Below are positions 21,816 to 31,118 of a DNA stretch of 64,000 nt, piece by piece. The DNA lies in the sequence record NZ_CP119397.1; one strand, written 5' to 3'. The stretch comes from a plasmid. Position 1 is the stretch's first letter, and each line of letters opens with the position of its first letter. Position numbers and translations under genes: made by a program. Below the pieces are notes generated by a model, which saw only the letters and a program-made list of their open reading frames with translations, was not told the origin of the DNA and did no database searches.

Positions 21816-22960
21816 ACATGCCTCATGGGATCGGGTAACTGTTTCAATAACAGGAAAGCCTCTTTCATCCGGCCTTCGCTGACCACAAATGCCTGGAGCT
21901 GCTGCTGGTCATCCCTGCCGCAGGCGATAAGCCCGTCACGCCCCGCTTCCACCACCCAGTGCAGATCCGGGGCGGTGGCTTCCCCGGCCAGGTGCAGCGG
22001 CAGGTCCGGGGTTTTCACCTTGATCAGCATCGGCGGCAGGCGCAGGCTGTCCCGTGCGCCGGTGAGGTTTTTCGCAAGCGTCATGGCCGCCAGTTGTGCC
22101 GGTTGCAGGTAGGGCCACAGCCTGCCCTGGATTTCGGCGCAGTCACCCAGCGCAAAAATGGCCGGGTCGGAGGTCGTGAGATGCGCGTCCACCACGATGC
22201 CGTGGCGGGTCTGCAACCCGGCACCCTGCGCCAGCGCGATATTCGGCATCAGGCCGGTGGCGCAGACCACGGCGTCCGCGTGCAGCGTGCGGCCATCAGC
22301 CAGCGTCGCGGTAATCTGATCATCCTGGCGTGCCAGCGCGGCGGCTTCCGCATTGAAATACATCTGCACGCCGCTGCCGATCAGCCGGTGTTGCAGCCGG
22401 GCGCTCACCTCCGGCGGCATCAGCGTGGCGAGCAGGGCGGCGGCGCGATCCACCAGCATCACCTGTTTGCCCGCCCGGTTGAGGTCCATCGCCAGCTCGG
22501 TGCCAATCAGCCCGCCCCCCAGCAGCAGCACCCGCTGCGCGCCCTGCAACTCTGCCTCTGCCCGGCGGTATTCCTGCTGGCTGTTCAGGGTGTGCATCAG
22601 TTCCCGGCCGGGGATCGGCGGTATCCGCGCCTCCGCGCCCAGGGCCAGCACCAGATGACGGTAGGTGAACGTCCCGGCGTCGGTGACCACGCGCTGCGCC
22701 GCCCGGTCGATGCGCGTCACCGGCGTATGCGGGTGCAGCATCAGGTTATGGCTTTCGGCAAACGCCTGGGCAGGCAGGCGGGTAAGGTCCTCTGCCCGCT
22801 GGCGCTGGCTGAACACCTGGCTCAGCTCCGGTTTATGGTATTCATCACAGCTGTCGGCGGCGATTAACCTCAGGCTCAGGCGGCTGTCCAGCCGCCGCAG
22901 GTGTTTGACCAGCTGGCGCGCGGCAAAGCCTGCGCCGATGATAATGATGTCGTCGGTCAT
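21803..22960 (-). CDS. norW: NADH:flavorubredoxin oxidoreductase NorW.
   Basis: Collinear similarity with E. coli NorW (IIIGAGFAARQLVK..., GDCAEI, MLIKVKTPDLPLHLAGE). Confidence 0.9.
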   Translation of the reverse strand: MTDDIIIIGAGFAARQLVKHLRRLDSRLSLRLIAADSCDEYHKPELSQVFSQRQRAEDLTRLPAQAFAESHNLMLHPHTPVTRIDRAAQRVVTDAGTFTYRHLVLALGAEARIPPIPGRELMHTLNSQQEYRRAEAELQGAQRVLLLGGGLIGTELAMDLNRAGKQVMLVDRAAALLATLMPPEVSARLQHRLIGSGVQMYFNAEAAALARQDDQITATLADGRTLHADAVVCATGLMPNIALAQGAGLQTRHGIVVDAHLTTSDPAIFALGDCAEIQGRLWPYLQPAQLAAMTLAKNLTGARDSLRLPPMLIKVKTPDLPLHLAGEATAPDLHWVVEAGRDGLIACGRDDQQQLQAFVVSEGRMKEAFLLLKQLPDPMRHVCTM

Positions 22961-22963
22961 CGC

Positions 22964-24424
22964 TCAGCCCTCCAGCGGGTCAAACACCGATTTGCCCAGC
23001 CCACACTCCGGGCAGAGAAAATCGTCCGGGACATCAGACCACACCGTGCCCGGCGCCACATTTTGCAGCGGTTCACCGAGCGCCGGGTCGTACACCCACT
23101 GGCAGACGCTGCACTGCATACACTGGCCGCCGGCCGTGCCTTCGCTCTCCGGCGCGGCATTGACCGCCAGATCGGCGGGCGTTGCCGCTTGCGCGCCCTG
23201 AACCGGCGGGGCCTTGACCGGCAGCGGTGACAGCGCCCACTGGCGGGCGATGGTGCGGCCATGCTCACGGCAGATTTCCAGCATATCGCCATCCGGCCGC
23301 CATTTGGCTTTCAGCGCCAGGGTGGTGTCGAACCCGGCATCCATCAACCGGGTCTGGATGCGGTCAACCGCCCCGCCGTTCCAGCCATAACTGCCGAAGG
23401 CGGAGGCTTTTTTGTTGCGGAAACGCAGGCCCGCCATCTCTTCCAGCATCCCCGCCACTTTCGGCATCATCACATTATTCATGGTAGAAGAGCCGACCAG
23501 GATCCCTTTCGAGAGGAACACCTGCGTCAGGATCTCGTTTTTGTCATGCCGCGACACATTATAGATTTTCACCGCCACGCGCGGGTCAGTCTCAATGATG
23601 CCCTGGGCGATCGCGTCCGCCATCATGCGGGTATTGTTGGACATGGTGTCATACAGCAGCGTGATGCGGTCTTCCTGATAATCCGCTGACCAGTTGAGGT
23701 AGTGCTGCACAATCTGTGTGGGGTTATCGCGCCAGACCACGCCGTGCGAGGTGGCAATCATGCTGACCGGCAGGTTAAAGCCGAGGATCTCATTAATTTT
23801 CGGCGTCACCAGCCGGCTGAACGGCGTCAGGATGTTGGCGTAGTAGCGCAGGCACTGCTCGAACAGCTCGTTCTGGTCGACTTCATCGTTAAACAGGTGC
23901 TCATCACAATAGTGCTGGCCGAAGGCGTCATTACTGAACAGCACTGCGTCGCCGGTCAGGTAGGTCATCATGCTGTCCGGCCAGTGCAGCATCGGCGTCT
24001 CGACAAAGATGAGCTGCTTGCCGTTACCGATCGCCAGTGTGTCGCCGGTTTTCACCACATGGAAATTCCACTCCGGGTGATGGTGGTGGCCGTTAATTGA
24101 ATCGATGGCGTTTTCAGTGCAATAGATGGGCGTGTCCGGGATGTGTGCCATCAGCGCCGTCAGCGCGCCGGCGTGATCCTCTTCCGCATGGTTAATCACG
24201 ATGTAATCGATCGTGGCCAGATCAATCTCCTGCATCAGGTTCAGCACAAAATTCCGGCTGAATTTATGGTCGACGGTATCGATCAGGACGTTCTTCTCCT
24301 CGCGGATCAGGTAGCTGTTATAGCTGCTGCCTTTCAACGTCTTGTATTCGGTACCGTGGAAGTCACGCACTTCCCAATCCCGTTGGCCGACCCAGGTGAT
24401 ATTGTTTTTGACGTGGATGCTCAT
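22964..24424 (-). CDS. norV: Anaerobic nitric oxide reductase flavorubredoxin NorV. Metallo-beta-lactamase-like di-iron, flavodoxin and rubredoxin domains.
   Basis: HAEEDHAG di-iron motif and a C-terminal rubredoxin with CMQCSVC...CPEC. Confidence 0.9.
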   Translation of the reverse strand: MSIHVKNNITWVGQRDWEVRDFHGTEYKTLKGSSYNSYLIREEKNVLIDTVDHKFSRNFVLNLMQEIDLATIDYIVINHAEEDHAGALTALMAHIPDTPIYCTENAIDSINGHHHHPEWNFHVVKTGDTLAIGNGKQLIFVETPMLHWPDSMMTYLTGDAVLFSNDAFGQHYCDEHLFNDEVDQNELFEQCLRYYANILTPFSRLVTPKINEILGFNLPVSMIATSHGVVWRDNPTQIVQHYLNWSADYQEDRITLLYDTMSNNTRMMADAIAQGIIETDPRVAVKIYNVSRHDKNEILTQVFLSKGILVGSSTMNNVMMPKVAGMLEEMAGLRFRNKKASAFGSYGWNGGAVDRIQTRLMDAGFDTTLALKAKWRPDGDMLEICREHGRTIARQWALSPLPVKAPPVQGAQAATPADLAVNAAPESEGTAGGQCMQCSVCQWVYDPALGEPLQNVAPGTVWSDVPDDFLCPECGLGKSVFDPLEG

Positions 24425-24460
24425 GGAATGTCCTCTTCAGAGTAATCAGTTACCCTGAGA

Positions 24461-24478
24461 TTGCACAGCGCGTGCCAA
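24461..24478 (-). promoter_or_regulatory. Sigma-54 (-24/-12) promoter for norVW.
   Basis: The minus-strand sequence reads TGGCACGCGCTGTGCA (GG-N10-GC spacing) ~35 nt upstream of the norV ATG. Confidence 0.6.
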
Positions 24479-24509
24479 TTTTTATCTTATTGAAATCTAA
24501 ACAATAAAA

Positions 24510-24565
24510 ATAAGTCATTGTAAAAATGACACAGGAGGGATAGTGTATTTTTGACACGGTTATTG
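24510..24565. promoter_or_regulatory. Candidate NorR enhancer sites (inverted GT...AC / TGACAC repeats), preceded by an AT-rich probable IHF-bending region at 24482-24513.
   Basis: GTCATTGTAAAAATGAC inverted repeat (24514-24530) and repeated TGACAC (24527-24532, 24552-24557) between the sigma-54 promoter and norR. Confidence 0.4.
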
Positions 24566-24575
24566 TGGAAAAGAC

Positions 24576-26096
24576 ATGATGAAAATGTCCGTTAACGGGC
24601 TGGCCGCGCTGGCGGTTGACATGCAGAACGGGCTGTCCCGGCCCGACCGGTTTGACCGGATGATCGGCAGCCTGCATCAGCTGTTGCAGTGTGATGCCAC
24701 CGCGCTGCTGCGCTTTGAGGGGCAACATTTCCGCCCGCTGGCCACCGCCGGGCTGGCACCGGATGTGATGGGTCGGCGGTTTCAGCTGGCGGCCCATCCC
24801 CGGCTGGAAGCGATTGCCCGCGCCGGGGACGTGGTGCGCTTTCCGGCGGACAGCGACCTCCCCGACCCCTATGACGGGCTGATCCCGGAACAGCAGGATC
24901 TGCACGTTCATGCCTGCGTCGGGTTGCCGCTGTTTTCCGGCCAGAACCTGATTGGGGCGCTGACGCTGGACGGCATGGACGCGCGGCAATTTGATGCCTA
25001 CCGCGATGAGGAGCTGCGCGTGGTGGCCTCGCTGGTGGCCGGGGCGCTCAACAATGCCCTGCTGATGGCGCAACTGGAGAAGCCGGGCCGCCGCCTGACG
25101 GTCGCGGATGACGCGCCGCATGAGGTGGATGACACCGAAATGGTGGGCGATTCTGCCGCCCTGCAACAGTTGCAACGGGAGATGGCGGTGGTGGCGCCCA
25201 CGGATCTGACGGTGCTGATCACCGGCGAGACCGGGGTCGGCAAAGAGCTGGTGGCGCAGGCGCTGCACCGGCACTCGGCCCGGGCGGCGAACCCGCTTAT
25301 CTACCTGAACTGCGCGGCGTTGCCGGAGTCGGTGGCCGAAAGCGAGCTGTTCGGCCACGTCAAAGGGGCGTTTACCGGCGCGATCCACGATCGCACCGGC
25401 AAATTCGAGATGGCCGACGGCGGTACGCTGTTTCTGGATGAGATTGGTGAGCTGTCGCTGCCGTTGCAGGCGAAACTGCTGCGGGTGTTGCAGTACGGCG
25501 ATCTGCAACGCGTCGGGGAAGACCGGCCGCTGCGGGTGGATGTGCGCATCCTGGCCGCCACCAATAAAGATCTGCGGCAGGCAGTGGCGCAGGGCGCGTT
25601 CCGTGCTGACCTCTACCACCGGCTGAGCGTGTTTCCGCTCCAGGTGCCGCCGTTGCGGGAGCGCGGTGATGACATCGTGCTGCTGGCCGGGTATTTCTGT
25701 GAAAAATGCCGGGTAAAATTCGGGCTGCGGCATCTGGCCCTCAGCGCAGCCGCCCGCGCCCGGCTGCGCGCCTATGCCTGGCCAGGCAATATCCGCGAGC
25801 TGGAACACGCCATCTACCGCGCCACGGTGGTCGCGCAGGCGGAAACCAGCGCGGCTGACCTGCTGCTGCTGCCCCACCATATTGCGCTGACGCCGCACAG
25901 CGACGCCCCGCAGGAGGAAATACCGGAAGACCCGCTGCCGCTGCAAAATTTACAGGCCGCCACGCGGGATTTTCAGCGCCGTTACATCCGCCGCGCCCTG
26001 GAGGCCAGCCATAACAACTGGGCCGCCTGCGCCCGTTGCCTGGAGATGGACCCCGGCAACCTGCACCGGCTGGCGAAGAAACTGGGGTTGAAATAG
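24576..26096 (+). CDS. norR: Sigma-54-dependent NO-responsive transcriptional activator NorR (GAF, AAA+, HTH).
   Basis: Near-collinear with E. coli NorR ([45 protein letters not shown]-terminal [26 protein letters not shown]). Confidence 0.9.
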   Translation: MMKMSVNGLAALAVDMQNGLSRPDRFDRMIGSLHQLLQCDATALLRFEGQHFRPLATAGLAPDVMGRRFQLAAHPRLEAIARAGDVVRFPADSDLPDPYDGLIPEQQDLHVHACVGLPLFSGQNLIGALTLDGMDARQFDAYRDEELRVVASLVAGALNNALLMAQLEKPGRRLTVADDAPHEVDDTEMVGDSAALQQLQREMAVVAPTDLTVLITGETGVGKELVAQALHRHSARAANPLIYLNCAALPESVAESELFGHVKGAFTGAIHDRTGKFEMADGGTLFLDEIGELSLPLQAKLLRVLQYGDLQRVGEDRPLRVDVRILAATNKDLRQAVAQGAFRADLYHRLSVFPLQVPPLRERGDDIVLLAGYFCEKCRVKFGLRHLALSAAARARLRAYAWPGNIRELEHAIYRATVVAQAETSAADLLLLPHHIALTPHSDAPQEEIPEDPLPLQNLQAATRDFQRRYIRRALEASHNNWAACARCLEMDPGNLHRLAKKLGLK

Positions 26097-26157
26097 GGGC
26101 AGATAAGCGTTTTACGGCGGGGCGGAGCCAGCTGACTCAGCCCCTAGACAGGTTACT

Positions 26158-26457
26158 TCAGAGGCGGTAAATACGGCCTGTGCCGGTCGGCATTTCAACA
26201 CTGAGGCTCAGGGTTCCGCCTAACGCCTCAATATATCGTTTCAGGCTGGCGAGTTTAATCTCTTCCCCGCGCGCTTCAATAGCCGCTATCGCAGGCTGGC
26301 TAATCCCCATCTTTTTCGCCAACTCTGTTTGGGACATCTCCAACTCTTCGCGTAGCTGGCGAAGCCGGATCTCAAGGATTTTCGCATCAGCTTTCTGCTG
26401 GATGCGCGCCTGTGATTCCGGGGAGCGCTTAGCGATTAATTCATTGAGTTTACTCAT
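26158..26457 (-). CDS. HTH XRE-family antitoxin (HigA-like), second gene of a two-gene TA-like operon.
   Basis: 99 aa with a helix-turn-helix (MSQTELAKKMGISQPAIAAIE). It overlaps the upstream gene by 4 nt. Confidence 0.7.
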   Translation of the reverse strand: MSKLNELIAKRSPESQARIQQKADAKILEIRLRQLREELEMSQTELAKKMGISQPAIAAIEARGEEIKLASLKRYIEALGGTLSLSVEMPTGTGRIYRL

Positions 26458-26846
26458 TTTACTGACTCCGGATAGTGTCTTTTTACGTCGGCGATTTTCA
26501 TTGCCTCAAGATGTTTTCTATACTCTTCTTCCGCGGTTTTTATCATATCTGCGTAAAATCGTTTTTCTTTAAGGCCAGTTTTGTCACCCGCGCATAACAC
26601 AATAGCCTGTCTTTTTGGGTCAAATACAAAGAACGCTCTGACAGGCCGACCGTTACTTTGCACCCTCAGCTCTTTCATGTTGGAAATTGTTGACCCCCTG
26701 ATGTGGTCAACCTCCGGCCTGCCCAGCATCGGTCCAAAATGCTCAAGCACCTTTAAGCCTGCCAACACATCTTCGATCATGTCAGTATCTTGCTCTTCCA
26801 ACCATTCATCAAAGTGTGCTGTGGTATCAACAATCCATCTTCCCAT
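26454..26846 (-). CDS. Putative type II toxin of the RelE/ParE superfamily (Gp49/DUF891-like 'addiction module killer'), encoded upstream of its XRE antitoxin.
   Basis: 130 aa. The toxin-first gene order with a 4-nt overlap is typical of higBA-type modules. The family call is by pattern only. Confidence 0.55.
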   Translation of the reverse strand: MGRWIVDTTAHFDEWLEEQDTDMIEDVLAGLKVLEHFGPMLGRPEVDHIRGSTISNMKELRVQSNGRPVRAFFVFDPKRQAIVLCAGDKTGLKEKRFYADMIKTAEEEYRKHLEAMKIADVKRHYPESVK

Positions 26847-27186
26847 CTTACCCGCCTGCTCCTATAAACCATAGTTTATATTATATAACCTGTAGTTTAT
26901 ATACCGATGTATGTGACCTCGCCCTGATCAAGGTCAGGTTTTAGGTATAGGGTGTGATCAAAAAGAGGAGGGTTTACAAAAGTGCACTTGTGAAGATAGG
27001 CTGGATGTAGCCGCACACAGCGCTTTTTTATTTTTGATTGGCGGAAAAATAAAAACCCCCGCGGCCAAAAGCACACGAGGGTTTTTATTTATGGGCGTAT
27101 TTCCCACAGCAAAATCTGCGCCCGGATCATTACACCTGAACAGGCTTTGCTGTGGGCCAATAAATAATAATGGAGAGAATAAAATT

Positions 27187-27264
27187 TGGAACGCCATCGA
27201 GGGATCGAACCCCGGACTGCCAACTTCTTGCTGAAATTGCCGCTCTTCCAACTGAGCTAATGAC
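27187..27264 (-). tRNA. tRNA-like gene with an atypical anticodon arm. It may be a tRNA pseudogene or island-junction remnant. The anticodon is ambiguous (GCA if a 7-nt loop is assumed).
   Basis: The minus-strand sequence ACGTCAT-TA-GCTC-AGTTGGAA-GAGC-...-CGGGG-TTCGATC-CCTCG-ATGGCGT-T-CCA shows a canonical acceptor stem (7 bp), D-arm, T-arm (GTTCGATCC) and an encoded CCA. The anticodon region (GGCAATTTCAGCAAGAAGTTGGCAGTC) is 4 nt too long, forms a 6-bp stem and lacks U33. Confidence 0.5.
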
Positions 27265-27392
27265 GTATTTTCTTTACCCCGGCCGCTGTTAATTAAATAA
27301 CGGGCCGGGGTCATCAACACCAGGCGGGAAAACGTATCTGCTCCGGGAAACCCATCATCGCTGTTGCACGTTACCCTGCCCGGTGTTTTAGC

Positions 27393-27605
27393 TTACAGCG
27401 CGACGACGTTCGCGGCTGATGGGCCTTTCATCCCTTGTTCGATGCTGAATTCAACCTGCTGGTTTTCTTCCAGGGTTTTGAAATCATTGCTCTGGATGGC
27501 AGAGAAGTGCACGAACACGTCTTTGCTGCCGTCAGCCGGAGAAATAAAACCAAAACCTTTACCCGCGTCGAACCATTTTACTGAACCTGTCATTTTAGTA
27601 GACAT
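27393..27605 (-). CDS. cspG: Cold-shock protein, CspA family (CspG/CspB-like).
   Basis: 70 aa, [38 protein letters not shown]..., with the RNP1 and RNP2 motifs. Confidence 0.9.
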   Translation of the reverse strand: MSTKMTGSVKWFDAGKGFGFISPADGSKDVFVHFSAIQSNDFKTLEENQQVEFSIEQGMKGPSAANVVAL

Positions 27606-27770
27606 AGAAATTTCCTTTCTGTTTTTTTAGGCCGCCATAATGGCGAAAGAGGTCTGTTTTTTTAGTGAGAAATTATGGGGCGCTAAAAGAAGAAATTTCG
27701 CTGAAGAAGGGGTATCTGAAGATATCGCTAAGACGGAGAATCGCTTGACTCAAATTGCTTTCAAAAATCT
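27606..27770 (-). promoter_or_regulatory. Long 5' UTR and promoter region of the cold-shock gene (cold-box-type leader expected).
   Basis: ~165-nt AT-rich untranslated leader upstream of the csp ATG, as in the cspA/B/G genes. Confidence 0.4.
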
Positions 27771-28056
27771 GTACTACAAACCGAGAACGCTATTTACACA
27801 TAATTAACAGGCATTAGCAAGCGCTATTTATTAAAGACTTTTTATACTGCCTGAAAATAACTGCGCGGCGCGTTATCCCTGCCCCCGCTTTTGCCCATGG
27901 CGGCAAAAGGTGCCATCGCCTTTTTTTCTGCCCGGCAAATTTGTTAAACGCCAGTGTTAAAGGCGGGATGCCTGAGGTTAATGTTAAAAGTATGTTGTAA
28001 CTATGGAGCAACACGTAAACGGGGATATTGCCCCGGCAACACCGGGGCACCGTCCC

Positions 28057-28497
28057 TTACGCCGGGATACGCAGTTTCTGGCCTGGATAGATTTTATCGG
28101 GGCTGGAAAGCATCGGCTTGTTGGCTTCGAAAATCTTGTTGTACTGGTTGGCATCACCGTACATTTTCTGCGAAATTTTGCTCAGCGTATCGCCGGACAC
28201 CACATTATAAAATTGCGACGCCGGTTCAGCCGCGGCGCTGGTCACCTGGTCTTCTACCTCGCTGATGCCGTGCACGTTACCGGCTGCCACCAGGATCTTC
28301 TCTTTCTGCTCCTGGGTCAGGCCGTCGCCGGTCACTACCGCTTTATTGCCGTCCACTTTCACATCTACTTTGTCACTGCCCGGCAGATTCAGTTCGTTGA
28401 TGTGTTTTTTCAGGGCATCACTGGCCTGCGATTCGTTGCCTTTTACCGCATCCCACAGTTTTTCACCCGCATCTTTCACAAAATCAAAAAGTCCCAT
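28057..28497 (-). CDS. kbp: Potassium-binding protein Kbp (YgaU), with BON and LysM domains.
   Basis: Near-collinear with E. coli YgaU ([18 protein letters not shown]...[45 protein letters not shown]). Confidence 0.9.
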   Translation of the reverse strand: MGLFDFVKDAGEKLWDAVKGNESQASDALKKHINELNLPGSDKVDVKVDGNKAVVTGDGLTQEQKEKILVAAGNVHGISEVEDQVTSAAAEPASQFYNVVSGDTLSKISQKMYGDANQYNKIFEANKPMLSSPDKIYPGQKLRIPA

Positions 28498-28612
28498 GCC
28501 TTACTCCTGGTTATGACGAAGAGTGTTAAACGTAGCAAAGATTTACCCCTTCAGCCGGTTGGCGCGGCAAACCCGCGCCGTTTTCCGGAGGAATCTGACC
28601 CAGGGCCTGCCC

Positions 28613-29929
28613 TTACCCCGCCTGGTAAAGCGGGAACGCGCCGAACAGCAGGCCACCGGCCATCAGCGCCAGGCTGACCAGGATCCCCCACTTGATGGCG
28701 AACCGCTGGTGGTCACCGATGTCCACTTTCGCCAGCCCCACCAGCAGGTAAACCGACGGCACCAGCGGGCTGAGCAAGTGGAACGGCTGGCCGATAATCG
28801 AGGCGCGGGCGATCTGTTCCGGGGTAATGCCGTAGCTGGCGGCCGTCTGCGCGATCACCGGCAGGATGCCGAAATAGAAGGCGTCATTCGACATAAAGAA
28901 AGTGAACGGCAGGCTGACCAGCGCGGTAAACACCGCCAGATAGGGGCCGAAACTGTGGGGGATGATCGCCAGCAGGCTTTTGGCCATCGCGTCCACCATG
29001 CCGGTGCCGGAGAGGATACCGGTAAACACCCCGGCGGCGAAAATCAGTGAGGTGACGGCCAGCACATTCCCGGCATGGGCACTGATCCGCGCTTTTTGCT
29101 GCGCCAGGGAGGGGTAGTTCAGCATCACCGCAATCGCGAACGCCAGCATAAACAGGATCTGGATCGGCAGCAGCCCGACCACCAGCAGCACCAGCAGCAC
29201 CGTGGTCAGGACGAAGTTCGGCCAGAACATCCGCGGGCGGCGGTTGGCCTCGTTCTCTTCGGCATCGCCAAAGCCCAGATCGATGTTTTCCAAATGCTGG
29301 CTGTCGAGGCGCATCACCCCCAGCCGTTTGCGCTCACTTACGCCGAACAGCATCGCCAGCCCCACCAGCGTGACGCAGCCCAGGAGGATCGCCGGCAGCA
29401 TCGGGATGAAAATATCCAGCGCGTCAATGTTCAGCGCTGCCGCCGCGCGGGCCGTCGGCCCGCCCCACGGCGAGAGGTTCATGATGCCGCTGGCCAGGTT
29501 AATCAAACAGGTCATCGCCAGCACATTCATGCCGAGTTTGCGGTAAAGCGGTAAAAACGCCGCCACGGCGATCATATAGGTGGTGGAGCTGTCGCCGTCG
29601 AGGGAGACCAGCAGGGTTAAAATGGCGGTGCCCATCAGCACTTTCAGCGGGTCACCGCGCACTACCCGCAAAATGGCACGTACCAGCGGGTCAAATAACC
29701 CGGCATCAATCATCAAACCAAAATAGAGAATGGAGAACGTCAGCATCACGCCGGTCGGTGCCAGCGCCTTGACGCCGTTCAGCATCATCTCGCCCAGCCC
29801 GCTATAGAACCCACCCGCCAGTGCAAACAGGGTCGGCACAATAATCAGCGCAATCAGCGCTGACATCCGTTTTGTCATGATGAGATACATAAAGCAGGTC
29901 ACCATCGAAAAACCAAGTATCGTCAGCAA
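28613..29929 (-). CDS. CitMHS-family citrate/divalent-cation:H+ symporter.
   Basis: 438 aa, a polytopic membrane protein with the CitMHS family pattern. Confidence 0.8.
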   Translation of the reverse strand: MLTILGFSMVTCFMYLIMTKRMSALIALIIVPTLFALAGGFYSGLGEMMLNGVKALAPTGVMLTFSILYFGLMIDAGLFDPLVRAILRVVRGDPLKVLMGTAILTLLVSLDGDSSTTYMIAVAAFLPLYRKLGMNVLAMTCLINLASGIMNLSPWGGPTARAAAALNIDALDIFIPMLPAILLGCVTLVGLAMLFGVSERKRLGVMRLDSQHLENIDLGFGDAEENEANRRPRMFWPNFVLTTVLLVLLVVGLLPIQILFMLAFAIAVMLNYPSLAQQKARISAHAGNVLAVTSLIFAAGVFTGILSGTGMVDAMAKSLLAIIPHSFGPYLAVFTALVSLPFTFFMSNDAFYFGILPVIAQTAASYGITPEQIARASIIGQPFHLLSPLVPSVYLLVGLAKVDIGDHQRFAIKWGILVSLALMAGGLLFGAFPLYQAG

Positions 29930-30249
29930 AATCAGTTCCTCTTATCAGTGGCGAAATGGGCAACGAAACGGGGCGCGGCCGCGATGTTATGAAAATGTTT
30001 GTAAATAACCTTGTGATCGGTCATTTTATCGGCATTGGTTTACGGTTAACCCCTTGTTTATATTGAGTTAACCTCTTTGCAGCGTAGCAATGTTTTTTCG
30101 TGCAAACTTTTTTTAACAAAAAAAGGTGACAGCGATCATGCAGGAGAAAAGAATGAGGAAGGGAGTGTGACAGGGATCACGCATAAAAACGGCTAACGTC
30201 AGGCCTGCAGGGTGCCGGCCTGACAGCAGGTTGGAAACATCAAAAAGCC

Positions 30250-31002
30250 TTAAATCTGTACCAGGCCGCCATCCACAAACAGTTCAGCCCCGTTAATGTA
30301 GCTGGCGTCATCAGAGGCCAAAAACAGTACCGCGTTGGCGATCTCAGCCGGCTGGCCGACGCGCCCGGCCGGGATCGCCTCAACCATCTGCGCTTTGATC
30401 TCTGCGGCCTCCCCACCGCTGCCGAACAAGGTGTCCAGCCCGCTGGTGTCCGTCACGCCGGGGCTTATCACGTTGACCCGGATGCGGCGTGCCTTGAGGT
30501 CGAGGATCCAGCTGCGGGCAAAGTTGCGCACTGCCGCCTTGGTGGCCGAGTAGACGCTGAAGGCCGGGGTGCCGGCGATGCTGGTGGTTGACGAGGTCAG
30601 CACCACTGCCCCGCCGTCACGCAGCAGCGGCAGCGCCTTTTGCACCGTAAACAGCACCCCTTTCACATTGGTATCGAATGTCTGCTGATAGTGCGCTTCG
30701 GTAATCGCCCCCAGCGGCGCAAATTCCCCGCCCCCGGCGTTCGCCACCAGCACATCAATATGGTGATGTTTCTGCTGCACCGCGTCATATAACCGGTCAA
30801 GGTCGGCGAGCTGGCTGACATCCCCTTGCACCCCGGTCACATTACCGCCGATGGTTTTCACCGCGGCGGCCAGTGTTTCCTCACGGCGGCCGGTGATAAA
30901 CACCGCTGCGCCCTGGTCAGCAAAGGCTTTCGCGGTGGCCAGGCCGATACCGCTGGTGGCACCGGTCACCACGACCACTTTTTGAGCAAATGTCGTTTTC
31001 AT
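30250..31002 (-). CDS. SDR-family oxidoreductase.
   Basis: TGATSGIG cofactor motif and the YSATKAA catalytic motif. Confidence 0.85.
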   Translation of the reverse strand: MKTTFAQKVVVVTGATSGIGLATAKAFADQGAAVFITGRREETLAAAVKTIGGNVTGVQGDVSQLADLDRLYDAVQQKHHHIDVLVANAGGGEFAPLGAITEAHYQQTFDTNVKGVLFTVQKALPLLRDGGAVVLTSSTTSIAGTPAFSVYSATKAAVRNFARSWILDLKARRIRVNVISPGVTDTSGLDTLFGSGGEAAEIKAQMVEAIPAGRVGQPAEIANAVLFLASDDASYINGAELFVDGGLVQI

Positions 31003-31118
31003 CGTATTTCTCCGCTATCCGTTGGGTTGTTGAAAATGAGACTATCACCGCCACGACTGGGCAAAAAGCCAGCAAAAATGGGTTGTATCGTTCTGTTTAT
31101 GGAACACTGGGAGGGTGG

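Noticed and set aside
27278-27312. Hairpin CCCCGGCC-N17-GGCCGGGG between the csp gene and the tRNA-like gene, as a possible terminator.
   Set aside because: No U-run follows on either strand, so I do not call it an intrinsic terminator. It may still be a processing or structural element.
28523-29554. + strand ORFs 28523..29050 and 29075..29554 inside the CitMHS transporter gene.
   Set aside because: Their translations are Arg/Gln/His-rich low-complexity sequence. The minus-strand transporter is the real gene.
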